Part shown: positions 47,954 to 53,964 of the stretch, one piece after another
Numbering within the stretch: position 1 is the first letter of the stretch
How the letters are laid out: each line of letters starts with the position of its first letter
Assembly (NCBI GenBank): GCA_021827365.1
Contig: JAKAWK010000001.1
Coordinates: 1-53,964 of the forward strand
Reading direction: 5' to 3'
Source: Nitrospirota bacterium
Lineage (GTDB): Bacteria; Nitrospirota; Leptospirillia; Leptospirillales; Leptospirillaceae
Length of the DNA stretch: 53,964 nt
Position numbers and translations under genes: made by a program
Notes under the pieces: model-generated
Seen by the model: only the letters and a program-made list of their open reading frames with translations
The model's database searches: none
Told to the model about the DNA's origin: nothing

Positions 47954-48100
47954 CTAAAGCCTACGGCCTTGAATGATGCGAATTAAAATCACCACAACTG
48001 CGATGACCAAAAGAATATGAATAAATCCCCCCATAGTATAGGAGGTGACCAAGCCAAGAAGCCATAAAACAATCAGGATAATTGCAATAGTCACAAGCAT
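47954..48100 (-). CDS. lmo0937-family small membrane protein (48 aa)
   Basis: MLVTIAIILIVLWLLGLVTSYTMGGFIHILLVIAVVVILIRIIQGRRL is the family signature. GAGAGG RBS. Only the last 48 codons of ORF 47954..48274 are credible. Confidence 0.75.
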   Translation of the reverse strand: MLVTIAIILIVLWLLGLVTSYTMGGFIHILLVIAVVVILIRIIQGRRL

Positions 48101-48263
48101 TATTTTTTCCTCTCTCGTAATAAAATAATGATAATGACACTCTCCAAAAAGGGAGCCAGTGTTATCAGCAGTCGCCTGATTCCCCCAACATACAGATCCA
48201 ACCGCGTGAGCGATACTTTTTGATACAAGATTGAACCATTTCCATAAGAAATCGTTTCTCATT

Positions 48264-48795
48264 CTAATTCGCATTCAAGGTGGCGCTAATCCAAGGCCAG
48301 TTTGTCAGGCTTCGGATCGACGATCGGTTGGCGGCCATCTTGGTCAATCCGGTTTCAGCTTGCAGAATCGCGTTTTTGAGGGAATCGAAGACGCGATTCG
48401 CGAAATGGTCCCGGCGGAGGATATTCCAGAGCAGTTCCACCGGGTTCAGTTCCGGAGAATACGGGGGCAAATAGATCAGATGCATCCTCTCCGGAATGTT
48501 CAACCCCTTGGCTTTGTGGGACGAGGCGCCGTCCGTGATCATAACCAGGAAATCGTCCGGATGGGCCTTCCGGACCTGGTCCAGAAAACGGTTCATGCTT
48601 TCCGTATTCATCTTTTCTGCCGTCACGAAGTCGAGCGCCCCATCCTGGGGGCTTACAGCGGCATATTCATACACGTATTCCCGCACCAAGGCCAGCGGAA
48701 CAAGCGGACGGAGCGGAGCCGGCGCCCAACAGGACCGGGGATCGGTCATCCGTCCAAAACGAGCCTCGTCCTGAAAAAGAAGACGGACCGGACAG
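48264..48795 (-). pseudogene. IS630-family transposase, C-terminal DDE fragment
   Basis: ...LLFQDEARFGRMTDP...ITDGASSHKA...LPPYSPELNPVELLW... (DDE motif regions). The open frame runs up to the IS21 junction at 48795. Confidence 0.8.
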
Positions 48796-48867
48796 TGTCA
48801 GTGGGAAGAGTAAAATCCCCCCCAAGTGGGAAATGAAAAATCCCCCCTCCCCACCGAGGAGGGAGAC

Positions 48868-50187
48868 ATGGACCCAGAGGGTCACCAAGGAGACAAAAGA
48901 GCTATTCTTCTTTCCGGAACACCTTTCGGAAAGGAGGAGCTTTTGGTTGGCAAACAACTGCATGAACGGATTGCCGAGATGTATCGCTCGGGACGAAAGA
49001 AAAAGGAAATAGCCCGGCTTCTCGAGGTGGACATCAAGACGGTGCGAAAGATCACGCGGGGAGAGCCCTGGAAGCCGTATGAACGGACCTTGGCGCCAGT
49101 GGGAGTCCTGGATCCCTGGAAGGAGTGGGTGACGAAGCGGGCCCCGGAAGTGAACTACAATGCGCGGGTCTTGTTCCGGGAACTACGGGAGCAGGGATAT
49201 CAGGGGAGCTACGACACGGTGAAGGTCTTTATTCGACCGCTTCGGATTCCTTCGGCCCTGTGGGATATGACGGTGCGTTTTGAGACCGGACCGGGAGAAC
49301 AGGCCCAGGTGGATTGGGGATCAAGTGACGTTTGGTTCGGGGAGAGTCGGGTTCGGGTGCATTTTTTCGTCATGACCCTGGGATATTCCCGACGCATGTT
49401 TGTTCGGGCCTATGCCAACGAGCGGCTGGGCTTTCTTCTGGCCGGACATGAGGAGGCCTTTGCCTTCTTTGGCGGAGTGACGGACACGATCCTCTATGAC
49501 AATCCGAAGACGATGGTGATCCGGCGGGAGAGCGGGACGGTGGTGATGAACACCGTCTTCGAGGACTTTGCCCGTCATTGGGGATATCAACCCCGGTTTT
49601 GCCGACCCTATCGGGCCCGGACGAAAGGAAAGGTCGAAAGCGGCGTCAAGTATGTCAAAAGAAACTTTCTGGCGGGACGACGGTTTCGGGACAGGACGCA
49701 CCTGAACGAGGAGCTGGACCGGTGGAACCGGGAGGTGGCCGATGTCCGGATCCATGGGACCACCGGAGAGCGTCCCATCGACCGGTTCCGGGAGGAGCGA
49801 CTGACCCCCTGTGCCACGGTTCCTCCCTACCGGGTGGGACTTTTTGGGACCGGCACGGTCAGCCGGGAGGGATGGGTGTGCTGGAAGGGGCAAAAATACT
49901 CGGTTCCCCTCTCCTGGGGACCCCTCACGGTCCGGGTTCGGGAAGAGGGCGACGAGGTCGTGATTCAGAGCCCTGACAAAGGCGAGGTGCGGCATCCCCG
50001 TCTTCTTGGAGACTCGGGTCAGTCGCATCGTCTTCCCGAGCACCATCGGCCGGAAAGCCTTCCCTCCTCGGCTCCTCCGCGTCGGGAGGAGGCTCCACCC
50101 CAGCATGATCCCCGATGGAGAGACGAAGAGGTGGAGGTCCGTAATCTCGAGGCCTATGAGGCCCTCATGACGACGGAGGTGGCCTGA
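48868..50187 (+). CDS. istA: IS21-family transposase IstA
   Basis: HTH (KKEIARLLEVDIKTVRKI) and a DDE integrase core (QVDWG..., YDNPKT..., KGKVES). The ATG at 48868 follows GGAGGGAG; the ORF track starts at 48826. Confidence 0.85.
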   Translation: MDPEGHQGDKRAILLSGTPFGKEELLVGKQLHERIAEMYRSGRKKKEIARLLEVDIKTVRKITRGEPWKPYERTLAPVGVLDPWKEWVTKRAPEVNYNARVLFRELREQGYQGSYDTVKVFIRPLRIPSALWDMTVRFETGPGEQAQVDWGSSDVWFGESRVRVHFFVMTLGYSRRMFVRAYANERLGFLLAGHEEAFAFFGGVTDTILYDNPKTMVIRRESGTVVMNTVFEDFARHWGYQPRFCRPYRARTKGKVESGVKYVKRNFLAGRRFRDRTHLNEELDRWNREVADVRIHGTTGERPIDRFREERLTPCATVPPYRVGLFGTGTVSREGWVCWKGQKYSVPLSWGPLTVRVREEGDEVVIQSPDKGEVRHPRLLGDSGQSHRLPEHHRPESLPSSAPPRREEAPPQHDPRWRDEEVEVRNLEAYEALMTTEVA

Positions 50188-50963
50188 TGGAGAGCCTTGA
50201 AGAGTCCCTGAAGAAGCTGAAGCTTCCGATCCTGGCCGAACGGCTCGAAGGGTGGCTGGAAACGGCGGCCAAACAGAACTGGACCCCTCGGGAGTTTCTG
50301 GAGCGGGTCGTGGCCGAAGAACTCTCGGAGAAGCTGGGAAAGCGGACCGAGATGGGGGTGCGGATGGCCCGGTTCCCCTTTGTGAAAACCCTGGAGGGCT
50401 TCGACTTTGAGTCCCAGCCGTCGCTTGATCCCAAACGGATCCGGGAGCTCGCGACCTGCCGGTGGGTCGCCAATGGGGACAATGTGGTCTTTTTAGGGCC
50501 TCCGGGAGTGGGGAAGACCCATCTCTCGGTTGCCTTGGGAGTCGAGGCCATCCGGAAAGGCTTTCGCACCCTCTTTGTGGGGGCCCAGTCCTTGATGGCC
50601 AGCCTCGGAAAAGCCCATCAGGAGGGGCGGCTTGAGGAAAAGCTCAAGGCCCTCTCCCAGGTCAAGCTGCTGATCATCGATGAGATCGGGTACATCCCCA
50701 TTGATCGCCTGGGAGCCAACTTATTCTTCCAGCTCATCTCCCGGCGCTACGAGCGAGGCTCTATGATCCTGACCTCGAATCAGACCTATGGCAATTGGGG
50801 GGATATTTTCGGAGATCCGGTCATCGCCAGCGCGATCCTGGACCGGGTGTTGCACCATGCGACTACGATCAACATCAAGGGAGAGAGTTACCGACTGAAG
50901 GAAAAGAAAAAGGCGGGACTTTTGTCACGCACCCGGGAGGAGTCGACAACCGAGGTCGCTTAA
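50187..50963 (+). CDS. istB: IS21-family helper ATPase IstB
   Basis: Walker A GPPGVGKTHL and Walker B LLIIDEIGY. The start overlaps the istA stop (TGATG). Confidence 0.9.
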   Translation: MESLEESLKKLKLPILAERLEGWLETAAKQNWTPREFLERVVAEELSEKLGKRTEMGVRMARFPFVKTLEGFDFESQPSLDPKRIRELATCRWVANGDNVVFLGPPGVGKTHLSVALGVEAIRKGFRTLFVGAQSLMASLGKAHQEGRLEEKLKALSQVKLLIIDEIGYIPIDRLGANLFFQLISRRYERGSMILTSNQTYGNWGDIFGDPVIASAILDRVLHHATTINIKGESYRLKEKKKAGLLSRTREESTTEVA

Positions 50964-51022
50964 CCACCAGGGGGGGGAAATTTCGTTTCCCCAAAAGGGG
51001 GGAATTTTTACTCCCATTGACA

Positions 51023-51549
51023 ACAGTTCTCCGGTCTTGTCAGGACGGTGGCCGCCAGAGTTTCAGGGAGTTTTTTTTAAACTCCTCCTGGTCCTCCGGT
51101 CGACTCTTGGGATGCTTGGTGTCCGGACTGACCTTCCGCCATCCATGCCGGGAGAGAAGCCGGTATGTAGTCGAGAGAGGAATCTTCCGGCCCAGCGTCT
51201 CCTCGAGGGCGGCATGAAGCGGAGGAACCGTGAGCACCCCTCCCTCTTTGGCCTGTTGAAGCCAGGGAGCCAGAAAGGCCCGTTCTTCTTCCGGGCTCAT
51301 GAGACAATGCCGACGGCCACCCCAGGTCGAGCGGGAGGGCCGATCTTGATCGCGAAAACTTTCTCGGTACCGGAAAAGAGTCCGGGTGCTGATTCCCAAA
51401 AGAGAGGAAGCCTTCTCTGCTTCCATGTGGCCTTCCGCCATCAGGAGTACGGAGAGAGCCCGTTGCATCTCTTCCACGGTTTTCGCGCTGTTTCGGAGTT
51501 CGTTGGCCCGAACAATCTCTTCGTTGGAAAAGGTTGCTTTTCTCGCCAT
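51023..51549 (-). pseudogene. IS630-family transposase, N-terminal HTH fragment with an A8 slippery run
   Basis: MARKATFSNEEIVRANELRNSAKTVEEMQRAL... The frame-0 stop is at 51040. The A8 run (51071-51078) lies just upstream, and the -1 frame from there is the one that continues into the DDE fragment. Confidence 0.75.
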
Positions 51550-51882
51550 GGCGCACCTCCATGACGAGAGTATATGTTAGTGACATCTTGATTGCAATTT
51601 GGAATCATTCTGGAGTGGTGGAATCAGACGCTCGCTATATCCTTTGGACGTCCTGCTGGAGGAACCCTATAAAATGAGACAAGCTCATTCAAGGTTTTTG
51701 ACCCTTGATCTCTTTGATGGCCCCTTTGGGCTTGAAATATCGTGGAAGCGGCAGACACGTTTACAAAGCATTAATCCTCCCTTATGGAAATAGTGTAATG
51801 TAACCTTATCACACTTCCTGGTTTTGGGAAGAATTATATGATCAATTTTCAAGGTAGAATTTTTCAGGATTGATCGAAAAAA

Positions 51883-51932
51883 TGGCGCGCCTGGAGAGAT
51901 TTGAACTCCCGACACTCGGAACCGGAATCCGA
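51883..51932 (-). pseudogene. 3' portion of a tRNA-Arg(CCG) gene (anticodon arm to CCA) lacking the acceptor-5' strand and D arm; att-type repeat next to the integrase
   Basis: Minus strand reads TCGGA-TTCCGGT-TCCGA (anticodon CCG), GTGTC, GGGAG-TTCAAAT-CTCTC, CAGGCGC-G-CCA. The upstream sequence is AT-rich and cannot form a D arm or the acceptor 5' strand. Confidence 0.7.
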
Positions 51933-52010
51933 AAATTTTCTGAATTTCTATTTTTAATCATCCTTTATTCTTGCCGTTCTCCGAAAAATTCCCTATGATT
52001 AAAAAATGAA

Positions 52011-52032
52011 TTTGGTGTAATTTTGGTGTAAT
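52011..52032 (+). repeat. Perfect tandem 11-mer TTTGGTGTAAT x2 upstream of the integrase gene
   Basis: Read directly from the sequence, 33 nt before the int ATG. Candidate arm-type or operator sites. Confidence 0.6.
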
Positions 52033-52064
52033 GACTTTTAAAATCTCCTCCGGAGTCCCAAAAA

Positions 52065-53090
52065 ATGGCGACCTTTCAAAAACGTTCAGGCAACTGGCGG
52101 GCGATCATCACAAAACGAGGATTTCCCAGACAATCCCGGACTTTCGACACAAAGGCCGAGGCGGAGGCCTGGGCGGCCACCGTCGAGTCTGAGATTGTAC
52201 GGGGAGTGTTCATATCCATGAAGGAAGCGGAGAACACCCCGCTTTCCGAGGCCCTGGACAGGTACGAGCGGGAAATTGTGTCCGGGAAAAAGGGAGCCAT
52301 CCAGGAGCGGTCCCGGATCCGGATCTGGAAGAATTCGGCCCTTGCAAACAAGTCTCTTGCGGCGATCCAGGGGAAGGATATCGCGGCCTATAGGGATTCT
52401 AGGCTCACGGAAGTCGGGCCCAACACCGTCCGCCTCGAGCTCGCCCTTCTATCCCATCTGTTCACGATCGCGGTCAAGGAATGGAGCATGGGCGGTCTTG
52501 TGAACCCCGTCCAACAGGTCCGAAAACCCAAGGCTCCGGAGGGGCGTCACCGGCGGCTTAAGCCAGAAGAGTTGGACCGAATCCTTTCCGCGACGGAATC
52601 GCCAACCCTCCCGGACCTTGCCCGGTTCGCTGTCGAAACTGCAGCGCGTCAGGAAGAAATCGCGGATATGATCTGGGATTTGGTTGACCTCAAAAAGCGC
52701 ACTATTACACTTGTGGACACAAAGAATGGAGATACGAGGGTTACTCCTCTTTCCTCGGAAGCTGTCCGGATCCTGGAGCGGATCCCCCGGCGGATCGACG
52801 GGAAAGTCTGGGGGATCACTCCCCATGCGATTTCCGTTGCCTGGCGTCGGGCAGTTTTCCGGGCCAGGGCGGCCTACGAGAAGGAAAGCGAGGAGAAAGG
52901 GACGAAGCCGGATCCGGCCTTTCTGGTGGATCTGACCTTCCATGATCTCCGGCACGAGGCCACAAGCCGGCTTTTTGAAAAAGGGCTGAATCCCATGCAA
53001 GTGGCGGCGATCACCGGCCATAAGACTTTGCAGATGTTGAAAAGGTATACTCACCTGAAAGCGGAAGATCTTGCGGAGTTGTTGAAGTGA
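52065..53090 (+). CDS. int: Tyrosine-type site-specific integrase
   Basis: C-terminal catalytic region ...TAARQEEI..., HDLRHEATSRL, GHKTLQMLKRYTHL (R-H-R-Y pattern); 341 aa. Confidence 0.9.
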   Translation: MATFQKRSGNWRAIITKRGFPRQSRTFDTKAEAEAWAATVESEIVRGVFISMKEAENTPLSEALDRYEREIVSGKKGAIQERSRIRIWKNSALANKSLAAIQGKDIAAYRDSRLTEVGPNTVRLELALLSHLFTIAVKEWSMGGLVNPVQQVRKPKAPEGRHRRLKPEELDRILSATESPTLPDLARFAVETAARQEEIADMIWDLVDLKKRTITLVDTKNGDTRVTPLSSEAVRILERIPRRIDGKVWGITPHAISVAWRRAVFRARAAYEKESEEKGTKPDPAFLVDLTFHDLRHEATSRLFEKGLNPMQVAAITGHKTLQMLKRYTHLKAEDLAELLK

Positions 53091-53356
53091 GCGGATTCGG
53101 AAAATTTCGGGAAAAGATTCTTTCGGGAGATTCCGACGCGAATATTCATTTCGACGAACTGTGCCGATTTCTGTTATCTTTAGGCTTTGATAGGCGAATA
53201 CGGGGAGATCATCACATCTTCACGAAAGACGGAGTTTCCGAAATTCTCAATCTTCAACCGAAAAGAGGGATGGCAAAGCCATACCAAGTCAAACAAGTCC
53301 GTAATGTCATTGTCCGATACAAGATATCAGGAGAAAAAGATGCCAATTCGTTATGA
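53087..53356 (+). CDS. hicA: HicA-family toxin (mRNA interferase-like)
   Basis: LCRFLLSLGFDRRIRGDHHIFTKDG... matches the GSHH-type HicA core. The GTG start overlaps the int stop (GTGA). It is followed by hicB with overlap. Confidence 0.6.
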   Translation: MSGFGKFREKILSGDSDANIHFDELCRFLLSLGFDRRIRGDHHIFTKDGVSEILNLQPKRGMAKPYQVKQVRNVIVRYKISGEKDANSL

Positions 53357-53552
53357 ACTCATCATCTATTGGAGTGAAGAAGACAAATCCTATATTGTGG
53401 AAGTCCCTGAACTGCCTGGATGTATGGCGGACGGTCAAACCTATGCTGATGCGGTGAAGGCTGCCGAGGATGTTATTCGAGAATGGATTGAAACAGCCCG
53501 CGAACTTGGCCGTCCAATTCCAGAACCACGGGGAAAATTAATGTATGCTTGA
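53340..53552 (+). CDS. hicB: HicB-family antitoxin (UPF0150)
   Basis: MPIRYELIIYWSEEDKSYIVEVPELPGCMADGQTYADAVKAAEDVIREWIE. The ATG follows AGGAG. Only the last 70 codons of ORF 53187..53552 are credible. Confidence 0.75.
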   Translation: MPIRYELIIYWSEEDKSYIVEVPELPGCMADGQTYADAVKAAEDVIREWIETARELGRPIPEPRGKLMYA

Positions 53553-53609
53553 AATTATCGACTCTCCCTTGTTATGCAACCGCGTTGAATATGTGTCTAT
53601 CTGACCCAA

Positions 53610-53867
53610 ATGTTGACCCTGATTACCTTTGAAGGTTGCCCTACGACGCCCCGTATCGTCGCACTTCTTGAGGAAATGGGAATATCATTCGATCGGATCG
53701 ATCAGACCCTCCTTCCGGCCGAACATCCTTTCAGGTATTACACCTCCCCCACCCTACTCTTAAACGGGACCATTCTTTTTGGATCACATACAGACGGAAA
53801 AGGAGGATGTTCTCTTGCCCTCCCTTCCGATGACGCCATCCGGATCCTCCTTCGAGACCTCCGTTAA
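53610..53867 (+). CDS. Small thioredoxin-fold (glutaredoxin-like, single-Cys) protein
   Basis: The pattern LITFEGCPTTP...GISFDRID...SPTLLLNGTILFG resembles the Grx/NrdH topology. Weak call. Confidence 0.35.
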   Translation: MLTLITFEGCPTTPRIVALLEEMGISFDRIDQTLLPAEHPFRYYTSPTLLLNGTILFGSHTDGKGGCSLALPSDDAIRILLRDLR

Positions 53868-53901
53868 AATCATACCCGATACCCTGGTGGGGGGACTGTG
53901 A

Positions 53902-53964
53902 GGGGTTGAACTGAGGTTCAACCCCGATGGAACCCCGATGCAACCCTAATGCAACTCCCATGGA
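53902..53964 (+). repeat. 10-bp perfect palindrome followed by at least 4 tandem 11-bp iteron-like repeats (array reaches the window end)
   Basis: GGGGTTGAAC-tgag-GTTCAACCCC, then CAACCCCGATG / GAACCCCGATG / CAACCCTAATG / CAACTCCCATG (53919-53962). Confidence 0.6.

Larger units (their letters stand above)
48796..51022 (+). mobile_element. IS21-family insertion sequence (istA-istB), apparently intact
   Basis: Imperfect terminal inverted repeats: TGTCAGTGGGAAGAGTAAAATCCCCCC... on the left versus the reverse complement TGTCAATGGGAGTAAAAATTCCCCCC... on the right, each with a second internal repeat unit. The element is flanked by ACAG on both sides (48792-48795 and 51023-51026). Confidence 0.8.
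48264..51549 (-). mobile_element. IS630-family insertion sequence (minimum extent = transposase reading frames), inactivated by an IS21 insertion
   Basis: The N-terminal HTH part (51023..51549) and the C-terminal DDE part (48264..48795) rejoin in frame once the IS21 element and one copy of ACAG are removed. I could not define the terminal inverted repeats by eye. Confidence 0.7.

Noticed and set aside
48200-51640. An attempt to define the IS630 terminal inverted repeats and TA target duplication.
   Set aside because: Only short, weak matches (around CAAGAT/ATCTTG) could be found by eye on the two sides. I therefore give only the minimum extent defined by the transposase frames.
52011-53964. 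A CRISPR array interpretation of the short tandem repeats.
   Set aside because: The repeats are 11 nt and directly abutting with no spacers, and no cas genes are in the window. They are better explained as protein-binding iterons or arm sites.

Overview
This is a 53.9-kb bacterial chromosomal segment. Most of it is GC-rich and densely coding; the last ~7 kb (47.1-54.0 kb) is a lower-GC accessory tail. The gene content (hopanoid genes, ClC/MgtC/TMEM175-type ion proteins, many GAF/GGDEF/EAL sensors) suggests an acidophilic Nitrospirota/Leptospirillum-like organism, but that is only an inference.

Gene order:
- thiS(partial)-ahcY-metK (SAM cycle), with a long structured metK leader
- tRNA-Ala(GGC)
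- tag, a TMEM175-like channel, a short GAF protein, a low-GC beta-barrel OMP, a secreted helical protein, and aroE
- a long minus-strand block: hpnA-ispH-hpnJ-hpnI-(4-TM protein)-(PF04240-like protein)-cbiX-hemE-hemN
- a lipoprotein gene convergent with the shc-hpnG-(Omp85-like barrel) operon
- tkt-tal-zwf-(550-aa lipoprotein)-(FAD monooxygenase)-ClC-(MgtC/DUF4010)
- a B12-radical-SAM gene plus a ferritin-like gene
- a decayed EAL gene plus an FNR-like reductase
- two giant c-di-GMP signalling proteins flanking a ChrR-type cupin
- an EamA transporter
- the accessory tail: a degenerate tRNA-Arg 3' copy, an lmo0937-type miniprotein, an IS630-family element split by an IS21-family element, a second and better tRNA-Arg(CCG) 3' copy, a tyrosine integrase, hicAB, a Grx-like protein, and iteron-like 11-mers at the window edge

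I found no rRNA and no CRISPR array.

Best candidates for something undescribed:
1. Unassigned membrane and outer-membrane genes translationally coupled inside the hopanoid (hpn/shc) operons.
2. A roughly 140-nt terminator-containing leader upstream of metK that does not look like a SAM-I riboswitch.
3. A tandem integration site at a tRNA-Arg gene.
4. A B12-radical-SAM/ferritin-like gene pair.

All functional calls rest on motif recognition by eye. No database search was run.
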